DNA of 64,000 bases from Candidatus Tayloriibacteriota bacterium. Its GTDB lineage: Bacteria > Patescibacteriota > Minisyncoccia > Phycocordibacterales > CAIRYW01. The notes under the pieces were generated by a model that saw only the letters and a program-made list of their open reading frames with translations, was not told the origin of the DNA and did not search any database. Of this stretch, positions 28,391-38,507 are shown piece by piece; position 1 is the stretch's first letter, and the number at the start of each line of letters is the position of its first letter. The translations under genes and the position numbers were made by a program. The stretch covers positions 71,262 through 135,261 of the forward strand of contig JAQBQZ010000007.1 of NCBI GenBank assembly GCA_028286725.1, given 5' to 3'.

Positions 28391-29359
28391 ATGAACAACA
28401 ACAATAATAATCTCGCAGGTGTCATTATAGGTGCGGTCATCGTGATCGTCGCTATAGGTGGAGTCTTCTGGTATCAAAATGAAAAAGTGGTAAATGATAC
28501 TAATGCTAATGGAGGATCACTCTATGTCGGCATTACTGATGCAACAATGGATATAAAGAATGTTGATGAGGTGAATATGGAAGTGAAGAAAGTGGAGCTA
28601 CACAGCGCCACAAACGGTTGGGTGACAGCGTCGTCTGACTCTAAGTCTTATAATCTTTTGGCTTTGAATGCAGAGGGCAAGACCGAACTCTACGCAAAGA
28701 CAAAGGTGGTTGCGGGAACCTATGACAGAGTTCGAGTAACACTCGGAGATACTGTAGTAAAGACAAAGTCTAATGGCAATGTCAAAGCATATTCTCCTTC
28801 AAACCAAGTGGTTATGAATATGAAAGTGAATGTAAAGAGCGAAGGTGATAGTCAGGTAAGTCTTGATTTCCTTGCTGACAAGTCTCTTCATGTAACATCT
28901 GACAATAAATACGTGTTCGCACCAGTTGTGAATGCAAAGTCAGAGAGTGGTGCAAACGTAGCGGTAGACAATGACAGTAATGCTGTCGAATCTACAGGAG
29001 GTTCTGCAGACAGCTCTGTGAGTGTAGGAGTTGATATTGATGGTACTTCACGATCAGACTTCAGCCTCAACACTGGAGCAGATCTAAAGGTGGATGATTC
29101 TATCACAGGAGGTGTAAACTTCCTCCTTGGCGGCAAAACTTACAAAAATAATGGAGCTGACCAAGAATCTACAAATGGAAGTGCTGATGCAAATACTAAT
29201 GTAAATGCAAACGGTACTACAAACACAGGAACAAATGGAAATACAAATTCAGGTGTGAATGCTAACGTGAATGTAAATGCAGGTGCAAATGCGGGCACTA
29301 ATTCAAATAGCGGAAGCGGAGCGCTGAATGTAAATGGAGTATTGAAGGCGGGGTATTAA
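28391..29359 (+). CDS. DUF4382-like secreted protein with Asn/Gly-rich tail
   Basis: TM anchor; LYVGITDA, V..VELH, YNLLAL, GTYDRVRV, LDF..DKSL motifs. Confidence 0.75.
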   Translation: MNNNNNNLAGVIIGAVIVIVAIGGVFWYQNEKVVNDTNANGGSLYVGITDATMDIKNVDEVNMEVKKVELHSATNGWVTASSDSKSYNLLALNAEGKTELYAKTKVVAGTYDRVRVTLGDTVVKTKSNGNVKAYSPSNQVVMNMKVNVKSEGDSQVSLDFLADKSLHVTSDNKYVFAPVVNAKSESGANVAVDNDSNAVESTGGSADSSVSVGVDIDGTSRSDFSLNTGADLKVDDSITGGVNFLLGGKTYKNNGADQESTNGSADANTNVNANGTTNTGTNGNTNSGVNANVNVNAGANAGTNSNSGSGALNVNGVLKAGY

Positions 29360-29375
29360 GAAAAGGAAGATAAAT

Positions 29376-29418
29376 AAAATTAAAGGCGGGGCAGCTACGC
29401 TGCCCCGCCTTTAATTTT
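29376..29418. terminator. Bidirectional intrinsic terminator
   Basis: aaaattaaaggcggggcagc-tac-gctgccccgcctttaatttt. Confidence 0.85.
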
Positions 29419-29481
29419 GCCCGAGACTTCCATATATGCTAAAATATCTTTAATTATATTAATATTTGTTATTTTATTTAC

Positions 29482-29715
29482 ATGTTTAAAGGAAAATTAT
29501 TTTTATTTATAAAAGAAAACGTTGCATTCTTGATTGGACTTATTTTTATGCTCGTTTTGGGACTTGTTATGGGATATCTTCTTTCTGGAGGAAGTCATCA
29601 CAAGAAGTCATATCAAAAGAACCATTATGGAACTACAAAAACTGCTTCATCTACTGTAGCAACAACGACATCGACGGCTGCTTCAACAACTGTCACTGTG
29701 CACATAGGAAATTAA
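29482..29715 (+). CDS. Small membrane protein with Thr/Ser-rich tail
   Basis: One TM helix; TTKTASSTVATTTS tail. Confidence 0.65.
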   Translation: MFKGKLFLFIKENVAFLIGLIFMLVLGLVMGYLLSGGSHHKKSYQKNHYGTTKTASSTVATTTSTAASTTVTVHIGN

Positions 29716-29725
29716 AGATCTTAAA

Positions 29726-31144
29726 ATGAATCCCAATCCTAATATTTCACCATGGCTCTATCAACTCAAGCGCACTCGTCCTGTTGATATTATTTCTGGG
29801 GACCTTACAACTGATATTGTGGTTGTGGGCGGTGGAATTTCGGGAATCATGACAGCGTATTTTCTTCTTAAGCATACAAATCGTGAAATAACACTCGTTG
29901 AAGGCAGCAAAGTAGCTCATGGTGCGACAGGTCACAATGCAGGACAGATTGTTTCTGAATTTGAGCGACCATTCACTGATTTAGTGCGAGAATATGGACT
30001 TCAAAAAGCAGTTGATGCCGAAGAAAATACATTATACTCATGGGTGCTTCTCGATGAGATTTATGCTGAAGCAAAACTGCAGACACCTCTTTCGTCGTTT
30101 ATGGGATACAACGGCTACAAGCATCGAGCGCATGTCGTAGATGCGCTTAAAGCAAATTTACTCCGACAATATGCGGGAACTGTTACAAATCCTGTCTATA
30201 TTGCGAAGGAATGGCTTCTACGAAACAAACTCCCTGAAGAATTTAAGGATCTTTTTCAAACTGTGCCTCAGTCAGACATTCTTTCGCTTCTCGAAACTGA
30301 AAACACAGAATATATATGTGCGACTGCGCTCAAAAAAGGTTGTGTGAACAGCGCGCTTCTTTCTGAAGAGATCGTTGGGTATCTTTTGGCGACATTCAAG
30401 GCCCGGTTTAGACTGTTTGAACACACATCGGTAGCACTCGCATCTTTAAACAAAGACAATGTAAATCTTGCCGTGATGACAAATAGAAAAGATGGCAATC
30501 CAGAAGAAGGATATCAAATGCATTGCAATCAGGTCATTCTTTGTACAAATGGGTTTGAAAGAATCAGAATCAAAAATAATTCAGGTGATGAGATTGATGC
30601 AAAATTCCATCATATGGTAAATGGTGACATTGGCTATATGGCGGCCTACATCGAAGACTTGAATCATCCGCCTACTGCGCTTGGATATTATGATCAAGAT
30701 GAAACTGATTCAGTGAATATTGATGCCTATAATGATATTCCATATGTGTACAAGACGAGACGGCCATATGAACTGGAGAAAAACGAAATGCATAATCTCA
30801 TTTGCATTGGCGGACCAGAACAGCAGGTGGCAGAGACGCAGGATTATGACCGGTATGCACCATTCATAAAAGAAAAAGGCGAGATCATCGATGACTTTGT
30901 GCGAAAAAATGTGTTGAACCATAAAGATAAAACACTTGAATACAAATTCAAGTGGCATGGCATTATGTGCTACACGCCATCTAATATGAGAGTGGTAGGT
31001 AGCGAGCCAAAAAACCCTTTGCTTTATTACAATTTGGGCTGCAATGGAGTAGGGATCATGACTTCTATATTTGGCGGATACAAGATTGCAAAAATGTTTG
31101 TGGGAGAAAAGTTTGCACCATCGATTTTTGATCCGAAGAAATAA
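29726..31144 (+). CDS. FAD-dependent oxidoreductase (DAO/PuuB-like)
   Basis: VVVGGGISG, GATGHNAG, W.G, LGCNGVG. Confidence 0.88.
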   Translation: MNPNPNISPWLYQLKRTRPVDIISGDLTTDIVVVGGGISGIMTAYFLLKHTNREITLVEGSKVAHGATGHNAGQIVSEFERPFTDLVREYGLQKAVDAEENTLYSWVLLDEIYAEAKLQTPLSSFMGYNGYKHRAHVVDALKANLLRQYAGTVTNPVYIAKEWLLRNKLPEEFKDLFQTVPQSDILSLLETENTEYICATALKKGCVNSALLSEEIVGYLLATFKARFRLFEHTSVALASLNKDNVNLAVMTNRKDGNPEEGYQMHCNQVILCTNGFERIRIKNNSGDEIDAKFHHMVNGDIGYMAAYIEDLNHPPTALGYYDQDETDSVNIDAYNDIPYVYKTRRPYELEKNEMHNLICIGGPEQQVAETQDYDRYAPFIKEKGEIIDDFVRKNVLNHKDKTLEYKFKWHGIMCYTPSNMRVVGSEPKNPLLYYNLGCNGVGIMTSIFGGYKIAKMFVGEKFAPSIFDPKK

Positions 31145-31191
31145 AAAATAATTAACTTTCTAAGTTTTAAAATATTTTTTCTTAAAAATAC

Positions 31192-31230
31192 GAAAATGGA
31201 GTCGCACCCGAAGGGTGCGACTCCATTTTC
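31192..31230. terminator. Intrinsic terminator
   Basis: gaaaatggagtcgcaccc-gaa-gggtgcgactccattttc. Confidence 0.85.
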
Positions 31231-31508
31231 AGTTTTTTTGAGAGGAAGGCTGTTTAAAATTTATTTTTCTCTCCTCGAATCGAACCGCAAATTAAGCCTC
31301 CTTTGGGGGTTCACTTGAAGCTGGTTTTCTTTTGTGTTGGGATGTGTTTTTGGTCGATTTTCACTATGCAATCCACTTTTTTTTAAGGTAAAATAGTAAG
31401 CGAATCATATTAAAAGTACTTTTCGAAGTTTTATAAGGAGACGATTGTAATCAAAAATTTGTTATCGTCTTTTTATATGACTCCGGATGAATTAAAATTT
31501 ATAAAACA

Positions 31509-34325
31509 ATGAGCATATCAATTACAAAGTTTGACGGTACAAAAGTTCCTTTCAACGCAGACAAGATCAACAAATCTATCGAGCGAGCATGTCAGGGACT
31601 TATGGATCCAATCTCGATGGTGACACAGATCGCGACAGAAACAGAGCTTACGCTCTATGACGGTATCACGACAAACGAGATGGATCAGGCGACCATCAAT
31701 GCTGCGCTTCAGAACGTGAAGGATGATATTGCTTATGACAAGGTTGCAACGAGACTTCTCCTCAAAACTATCTATCGAAAGGTGGTAGGAGAGTATGACA
31801 AGGACAATGATGATGATCTCGATCTCAAACATCAGGCAGGATTCGTTGAGTTCGTCAAAAAAGGTGTTGTTGATGGAAAGCTTGATCCGCGAATGGTAGA
31901 AAAGTTCGACCTCAAAGAACTTTCAAAGGCTCTCAATATCGAACGAGATGATCTTTTTCAGTACGCCGGACTTTCAACATTTGAAAACCGATACGCGCTG
32001 AAGAACATGGATCAGACTCCAAGAGAAACTCCTCAGTACTTCTTTATGCGTGTTGCAATGGGACTCTCTTACAACGAAGAGAATCCAACTCTCTGGGCAA
32101 AAAGATTTTACAACAAGATGTCTCGATTCGAGTATATTGCAGGAGGATCAACAAACCTTGGAGCTGGAACGATCAATCCTGCGCTCTCAAACTGTTTTCT
32201 TCTTGAGATTCAGGATGATATGAACAACATCGCAAAGTCTGTTGCAGATGTAATGCTTCTCTCAAAAGGATCAGGAGGTATTGGAGCATCAGTAACAAAA
32301 CTCCGAGCAACAGGTTCACCTCTCAAATCAAACAATGGTGTCTCAACAGGACCTACTCCTTTTGCAAAGATCATCGATACTGCGATCCGTGCGATTCAAA
32401 GAGGTGGCAAGAAAAAAGGCGCGCTCGCATTCTATATGGAGAACTGGCACTGTGATTTTCCTGATTTTATTGATTGGAAGCACAACGCTGGAGATGATTA
32501 CCTTCGAATGAGAACGGCAAACACTGCTGCATATATTTCTGACGAATTCATGAAGCGTGTAAAGACTAATGCTCCATGGTATATGTTTGACCCTGCAGAA
32601 ACACCAGATCTTTGTGAACTGTATGGTAATGCATTCAGTCTTCGATATGCAGAATATGTAGAACTAGGTAAGCAAGGACAGCTTCGAGTATTCAAGCAGG
32701 TGCCAGCTACAGAACTTTTCCGAAAGATGCTCATTTCTCTTCAGACAACAGCACATCCTTGGATCACTTGGAAGGACAACATCAACCTTCGAGCAATGAA
32801 CAACAATACAGGCACTATTCATATGTCGAACCTCTGTACAGAGATCTGTCTTCCACAGGACAAAGATAATATCGCGGTGTGTAACCTCGCGTCTTTGAAT
32901 CTTGCAGTACACGTCGTGAACAAAGAGATCAATTGGGGTAAGCTCGAAGAATCTGTACGACTCGCGATCCGACAGCTCGATAACTTGATCGACATCAATG
33001 TGCTTCCAGTACCAGAAGCGGTCAAATCTGACAGCGAGAACCGAGCTGTAGGACTTGGAGTGATGGGTGTTGCAGATGCTCTTGAGAAAATGGGACTTCC
33101 ATACGAGAGTGCTCCTGCATACGACTTCATCGACAGAATTTTTGAATTCATAAGTTATATGTCATACGACGAGAGTGCAAACCTTGCAGTTACAAGAGGA
33201 AGCTACAAACACTTCGAAGGATCAATGTGGTCAAAAGGAATGGTGCCATTTGATACTCTTGATGTTATGGAGAGAGACCGAGGAGTGAAGGTAACAGTAT
33301 CAAGAGAAAGTAAGCATCGAGGATTGAACTGGGATGTGCTTCGAGCAAAGGTCAAGAAAGGAATGCGAAATGCAACACTTCTCGCGACTGCGCCAAATGC
33401 AAACATTGGACTCATCGCAGCGACAACTCCTGGAGTTGATCCACGATTCGCACAGGTGTTCTCTCGAAACAAGATCTCTGGAAAATATCTCGATATCAAT
33501 CATAACCTTGTAAAGGATTTGAAGAACCTTGGACTTTGGGAAGAAGTAAAAGAAAAGATCGTAGAATTCCAGGGAGATATTTCAGGTATCACAGAAATCC
33601 CAGATCATATCAAAGCAATCTACAAAACATCTTTCACAACTTCTGCATACGCATTCATCGAAGTTGCAGCCCGAGCACAGAAATGGATGGATCAGGCGAT
33701 CTCTCGAAACATGTATCTCGATACACGAGACATTGATGAGACAATGAAGATCTACATGACGGCGTGGGAAAAGGGTGTGAAGAGTACATATTACCTCCAC
33801 ATGAAGCCACGACACACAGCAGAACAAAGTACTGTGAATGTAAACAAATCTTCAATGACAGGAAAGGTAGGATTCGGAGCATTGAAGCGTGTGGCAGAAG
33901 TAAAGACTAATGACGAGTCAGAGCTTTTAGCAGACTCAGCACCAATTACAATGACGGTTGAAGCTGAGATACCTGTAATGCAGCCGGTAGCGCATGTAGC
34001 ACCTGTTCAGCACGCAGTTCCAGCATATGTTGCTCCACAGCATGTTCCACAAATGGCATACGTGGCTCCAGTATCATATGCAGCACCAGAGCCAGTTTCT
34101 GTTCCGGCATCAATTCAACCTTCGCTTGATATCGATCGACTTCGATCAATCAATGAACCAGTTCGAAGTGCGGCACCAGCTTATGAGGCACCGCGAGGAG
34201 GATTTTCTGAAGTTTCTAGAGGAGGCTTTTCAGAGGTCAAACCAAAACCAAAAGTAATCTTCGCAGGAGCAAAGACTTGCCCTACAGATCCAGCAGAACT
34301 CGCTCAGTGCGATAGTTGTCAGTAA
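31509..34325 (+). CDS. nrdA: Ribonucleotide reductase class I alpha subunit with ATP cone
   Basis: ATP cone, SNCF, SNLCTEI, VCNLAS, KSTYY, terminal CDSCQ. Confidence 0.96.
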   Translation: MSISITKFDGTKVPFNADKINKSIERACQGLMDPISMVTQIATETELTLYDGITTNEMDQATINAALQNVKDDIAYDKVATRLLLKTIYRKVVGEYDKDNDDDLDLKHQAGFVEFVKKGVVDGKLDPRMVEKFDLKELSKALNIERDDLFQYAGLSTFENRYALKNMDQTPRETPQYFFMRVAMGLSYNEENPTLWAKRFYNKMSRFEYIAGGSTNLGAGTINPALSNCFLLEIQDDMNNIAKSVADVMLLSKGSGGIGASVTKLRATGSPLKSNNGVSTGPTPFAKIIDTAIRAIQRGGKKKGALAFYMENWHCDFPDFIDWKHNAGDDYLRMRTANTAAYISDEFMKRVKTNAPWYMFDPAETPDLCELYGNAFSLRYAEYVELGKQGQLRVFKQVPATELFRKMLISLQTTAHPWITWKDNINLRAMNNNTGTIHMSNLCTEICLPQDKDNIAVCNLASLNLAVHVVNKEINWGKLEESVRLAIRQLDNLIDINVLPVPEAVKSDSENRAVGLGVMGVADALEKMGLPYESAPAYDFIDRIFEFISYMSYDESANLAVTRGSYKHFEGSMWSKGMVPFDTLDVMERDRGVKVTVSRESKHRGLNWDVLRAKVKKGMRNATLLATAPNANIGLIAATTPGVDPRFAQVFSRNKISGKYLDINHNLVKDLKNLGLWEEVKEKIVEFQGDISGITEIPDHIKAIYKTSFTTSAYAFIEVAARAQKWMDQAISRNMYLDTRDIDETMKIYMTAWEKGVKSTYYLHMKPRHTAEQSTVNVNKSSMTGKVGFGALKRVAEVKTNDESELLADSAPITMTVEAEIPVMQPVAHVAPVQHAVPAYVAPQHVPQMAYVAPVSYAAPEPVSVPASIQPSLDIDRLRSINEPVRSAAPAYEAPRGGFSEVSRGGFSEVKPKPKVIFAGAKTCPTDPAELAQCDSCQ

Positions 34326-34377
34326 TACCTCAATAGTTTATAGTTATCCCACTTATAATTTAATTTAATATTCCACA

Positions 34378-35379
34378 ATGACACTTATCGGAAAACCGTC
34401 ACCAGAAGATGTAAACCTGCACCCGCTACGATATCAATGGGCATATGATCTCTACAATCAGGCTGTTCGAAACACATGGTTCCCGCACGAAATCGCACTC
34501 AAGGAAGACCTCGCAGACTTCGAAAAAATGACAGAAGACGAACGACATGCGGTGAAATTCGTGATGGCATTCTTCAACCCTGGAGAGCTCATTGTGAACC
34601 GTGTACTCGCGCTCGGAGTGTATCCATACTTGAAGTCGCCTGAATGTCACCTCTATCTTGCGAAGCAGATGTGGGAAGAAGCCAACCACTGTGTAGCTTT
34701 CGAATACGTGCTCGAAACTTTCCCATTTGACCGAGAGACTATTTACAATGTGCACCTCGAAGTAGAATCAATGAAAGCGAAGGAAGCATTCGTGATGAAG
34801 TTCCTCACTCGAATGACAGATGATCGACTCGATATCGAAACGACAGAAGGAAAGAAGGATTTTATTCGAAACCTTGTTGCATACAATATTGTGATGGAAG
34901 GAATCTGGTTCTACTCAGGATTCCTCGTGGCACTTTCTTTCCGACAGCGAAACCAGCTTCGAAACTTCGGCTCTATGATCAACTGGGTACTTCGAGATGA
35001 ATCTCTCCACCTCAAATTCGGTATCAACCTCATTCACAATGTGCTTGAAGAGAATGCAGATCTTTTGACAGAAGAATTTGCAGCAGAAATCCGAGCGATC
35101 ATTATCGAAGGTGTGGCACTCGAAAATGCATACAACAAAGATCTTTTTCCAACAGGGATCCTCGGTTTGAACGCAGACTATGTGAACCAGTATGTGCAGT
35201 ATGTGGCAGATCGACGACTCGAAGAGCTCGGACTTGAAAAGCAATATGGAGTGACTAATCCTGCGAAGTGGATGGCAGGTGCGACGGATGTGTATGAGCT
35301 TGTGAACTTTTTTGAATCACAGAATACGAGTTACGAAGTTGACTCATCTGCGTCAGGATCTCACAAGAAAGCTGAATAG
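34378..35379 (+). CDS. nrdB: Ribonucleotide reductase beta subunit, class Ic (Mn/Fe R2c-type)
   Basis: FFNPGE (Glu ligand), EEANHCVAF (Phe at the radical-Tyr site), EGIWFYSGF, RDESLH, NFFE...Y. Confidence 0.9.
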   Translation: MTLIGKPSPEDVNLHPLRYQWAYDLYNQAVRNTWFPHEIALKEDLADFEKMTEDERHAVKFVMAFFNPGELIVNRVLALGVYPYLKSPECHLYLAKQMWEEANHCVAFEYVLETFPFDRETIYNVHLEVESMKAKEAFVMKFLTRMTDDRLDIETTEGKKDFIRNLVAYNIVMEGIWFYSGFLVALSFRQRNQLRNFGSMINWVLRDESLHLKFGINLIHNVLEENADLLTEEFAAEIRAIIIEGVALENAYNKDLFPTGILGLNADYVNQYVQYVADRRLEELGLEKQYGVTNPAKWMAGATDVYELVNFFESQNTSYEVDSSASGSHKKAE

Positions 35380-35505
35380 TTTACTTTAAATTTCGGCGCA
35401 TTTCTTCGTTGTGGCCTCGCGACACTCCCGCAGAGTACATCTGAGTACACCTTGGTCGCGCCACTTCATCCACGCCTCGAACTGCATCCAAAATTTAGAA
35501 GTAAA
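35380..35505. mobile_element. ~126-bp MITE/REP-like structured element
   Basis: Imperfect terminal inverted repeats tttactttaaattt..ggcgca / tgcatcc..aaatttagaagtaaa; GC-rich nested stems; central gtac...gtac. Confidence 0.65.
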
Positions 35506-35515
35506 AAATAAATAT

Positions 35516-36040
35516 ATGAATTTATACTATACAATCACAGGTGGAATTAATGTTGATACCGCACATCAGCTAATTATCTGGATGAACTCACAGATTTATT
35601 CAGGGAGTACACCATCAAAGTTAACCCTTTTTATTTCCTCCACGGGTGGAGATATTGATTCAGCAATAAGAATTTATACATATCTCAAAGGTTTACCAAT
35701 AGAAGTTGAAACTATTGGATTTAGTCAGATTGATTCTGCCGCTAATATAATTTTTTTGGCAGGTAAGAACAGAAAGGTGTTGGACGGATGTCGTTTTTTC
35801 TTACATGAAGGAACTTTTACAATAGGTCACCAGACGGCTATATTGAGACATTTAGAAGAATCTCTTCGTGTTCTTAAAGAGCTATTGGATAGAAGTGTTA
35901 AAATCGTAGCCGCCGAAACCAAAAAAACAAGGGAAGAGATTGCTGATGTTTTTTTGGAAGGAAAAATATATTCTTCATCTGAAGCTTTGGATTTTGGGAT
36001 TGTAACTGAAATAATTGATAAATTGCCTACTGCAATTTAA
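35516..36040 (+). CDS. ClpP-like serine protease
   Basis: ISSTGGD, DSAA (Ser), FFLH (His), EALDFGIV; true start is ATG 35516. Confidence 0.85.
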   Translation: MNLYYTITGGINVDTAHQLIIWMNSQIYSGSTPSKLTLFISSTGGDIDSAIRIYTYLKGLPIEVETIGFSQIDSAANIIFLAGKNRKVLDGCRFFLHEGTFTIGHQTAILRHLEESLRVLKELLDRSVKIVAAETKKTREEIADVFLEGKIYSSSEALDFGIVTEIIDKLPTAI

Positions 36041-36079
36041 TTTTAAAATCCACTGAGTGGTATTTATCGCTTCAAAATA

Positions 36080-36865
36080 ATGAAACTAAGAGTTGTTCAA
36101 TGGAATATTGGTGGAGGAAAGATCAGAGATATTGACTCTGACCCGATAAAAACTGTGGGCGCGATCACCAATAGTTATTCTAATGAAGGTCTCGAATATA
36201 TTATTGAAAGGCTCAAGGAATACTCTCCCGATATTATCACTCTTGAGGAAGCTCATGAGGATAGTGCCCGAATTCAAGCCGAAGTAATCGCAAAATCACT
36301 CGGACTTGATTATTGGATAAATGATTTCTATTGTAATTCCCATGTAGAGAAAGGTCAGAAACTTTGCCAGGCTATTATTTCTCGATTTCCGCTCTCGGAT
36401 CATAGTTTTGATCTATTTTATAATCCTCATGCTAGATTCATTACCGAAGCAGGTGAAGAATGGATTTCGCTTGATAAAGGATATTCTTTTGTTGAAGCAG
36501 CTTTACCTAATGATACAAGGCTAGGTATTGGTGTTCTGCATGCAATCCCATTTCGTCGTTTTGGATTAGATTATTCTGGTGACGATACTCAAAAGATCTT
36601 AAAAAATATGGAAGAAGTGATCTTGAAGAAAAGAGTTTTTCCAATGATTTTGGGCGGAGATTTCAATATTAATGATGAGTCACTTAAAACTTATTTTCCA
36701 AACCTCATGTCAAAACTTGATGAAATTATTCTTACAGAACCTACAAATCCAAAAGGTAGAAAATATGACCATATTTTATTTTCGGGTTTAAAATTGAATC
36801 AATTTAATATCCATAGTGATACATTAACTGATCATTATCCGGTTTCTGCAGAATTTGAGATATAG
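36080..36865 (+). CDS. Endonuclease/exonuclease/phosphatase (EEP) family protein
   Basis: QWNI, DIITLEE, GGDFN, YDHI, TDHYPV. Confidence 0.92.
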   Translation: MKLRVVQWNIGGGKIRDIDSDPIKTVGAITNSYSNEGLEYIIERLKEYSPDIITLEEAHEDSARIQAEVIAKSLGLDYWINDFYCNSHVEKGQKLCQAIISRFPLSDHSFDLFYNPHARFITEAGEEWISLDKGYSFVEAALPNDTRLGIGVLHAIPFRRFGLDYSGDDTQKILKNMEEVILKKRVFPMILGGDFNINDESLKTYFPNLMSKLDEIILTEPTNPKGRKYDHILFSGLKLNQFNIHSDTLTDHYPVSAEFEI

Positions 36866-37299
36866 TGAATATTATGACCGCAGAAAACTCAAAACGATTT
36901 ATTGCAATTTTAAATAAAAAAATAGAAGTGGGACGACTCATGAATGCCTTGGGACATATGACTGCAGGACTTTCGGGTGGATTTGGAATTCAAGATCAGA
37001 TGGGATTCATTCCATATATTGACGGAGATGAGGGACTACATCCAAATATCTCAAACTTCGCGTTTATAATCCTCAAAGCCGATAACTCAAATCAGATCCG
37101 AAAGGTGCGTACTGAAGCATTGTCTCGAGGGGTCAAATTCACAGATTTCACACATACAATGATTGTCGGAACTTCAAAAGAACAAATAGAAAGGACCAAA
37201 AATACTAAAGAACTAGATCTTGAGTATTTTGGGATTTGTATGTTTGGCGACTCTGAAGTATTGAAGGAATTTACTAGTAAATTTTCTTTGTTTAATTAG
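36865..37299 (+). CDS. DUF2000 family (PTH2-like fold) protein
   Basis: G..MNALGH..AG, YID.D...HP.IS, LEY.GI..FG. Confidence 0.8.
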   Translation: MNIMTAENSKRFIAILNKKIEVGRLMNALGHMTAGLSGGFGIQDQMGFIPYIDGDEGLHPNISNFAFIILKADNSNQIRKVRTEALSRGVKFTDFTHTMIVGTSKEQIERTKNTKELDLEYFGICMFGDSEVLKEFTSKFSLFN

Positions 37300-37378
37300 C
37301 TTTTCGCTGATTTTGTATAAATTGACATAGGGATAGGTACCGATATAATTAATATATAACAATCTAATATAAAATTTT

Positions 37379-38131
37379 ATGCGAGATATTCCAACTGAGG
37401 CCGAGCGAATGGTAATGGAAACTCCAGAAGAGAGTGCCGAAACAGCATCCACTGAAGCAAATAGTGAACAAGTAACCGACGCTCCAGAGGATTCAAAAGA
37501 AAAAATTGAAAGTGATAAAGAGGGTGTTGAGGGGCTTGGAGGCAAAGCTGAAGCAGAAAAATCTCAAGAAGCGTTTGAGCAAAAGAAGGCTGAAAGCGAG
37601 AAAGAGTCTAAGGAAAAAGCTAACGAGATTAGAGAAGAATTACAGCATGCTGGTGAAGAAGTTGATGCTAAAAAAGAAGAAGCCTCGGCCAAGATAGGGG
37701 ATTTGATTACCGAAACTCAAAACAAGAAAATAGAGGTAATTTCTCGTATAGAGAATGAAGTTCATTTCAAAAAGGCTTTTCCTTTTCTTTCAATATTTAA
37801 TTTTTTTGGCATGGCGAGAACAACTGCGAAGACTTTTTATGCTGAAGAATACAGAGCAAAAGTTGATGTAAAAGAAGCGCAGGATGAAAATACCATGTCA
37901 CGTCTCAATGATCGAGAATCTCGACTTCAGGAATTAATCAATGCTGCAGGTAATGAAACAGATCTCGACAAATTGGAGGCAATTTTAGGTCAGCTCAAGT
38001 CATTGTCAGAAGCAGATAATGTTGATAAAAAAGCACTAGAAGAAACAGATCCAAAGAATGAGGAAGTTGTAGTAAAAGATCAACCTAAGAAAAGTGATGA
38101 AGGTAATCAGGGTCAAAAAACTCAAAGCTAA
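37379..38131 (+). CDS. Acidic coiled-coil hypothetical protein
   Basis: Glu/Lys-rich 250 aa; upstream TTGACA...TATAAT promoter. Confidence 0.7.
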   Translation: MRDIPTEAERMVMETPEESAETASTEANSEQVTDAPEDSKEKIESDKEGVEGLGGKAEAEKSQEAFEQKKAESEKESKEKANEIREELQHAGEEVDAKKEEASAKIGDLITETQNKKIEVISRIENEVHFKKAFPFLSIFNFFGMARTTAKTFYAEEYRAKVDVKEAQDENTMSRLNDRESRLQELINAAGNETDLDKLEAILGQLKSLSEADNVDKKALEETDPKNEEVVVKDQPKKSDEGNQGQKTQS

Positions 38132-38226
38132 TCATAGAACATCAAGATCCGCTTAAGTAATAAAAAAATTTAATGTTCAGTATCCTGGATCGTCTTCTCT
38201 TTATATAAGCTAATATAAAGAGAATT

Positions 38227-38439
38227 ATGAAAACAATGACTTGTAGAGAGATGGGTGGGGATTGTGATATGGAGATTAGTGCAGAAACAAGCGCTGAAAT
38301 GGCAAAGAAAATGACTGCTCATGTTATGGAATCGCATCCTGAGGTTGCAGAGAAGATGTCGAGTATGACTGATGCTGAGCATGATGTATGGGAAAATGAG
38401 TTTCATAAGAATTGGGACGCCGCTCCAGAGGAGAAATAA
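38227..38439 (+). CDS. DUF1059 family small metal-binding protein
   Basis: MKTMTCREMGGDCD...AET..EM......H....H. Confidence 0.85.
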   Translation: MKTMTCREMGGDCDMEISAETSAEMAKKMTAHVMESHPEVAEKMSSMTDAEHDVWENEFHKNWDAAPEEK

Positions 38440-38507
38440 AACAAAAAATAGTCCGTCAAACGTCATTCCAACATTTGGGAATTGTGGTAATATTGAGTGA
38501 TAAAATT

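Noticed and set aside
35411-35515. N-terminal extension of the ClpP-like ORF
   Set aside because: It is read-through of the MITE-like element; the plausible start is ATG 35516.
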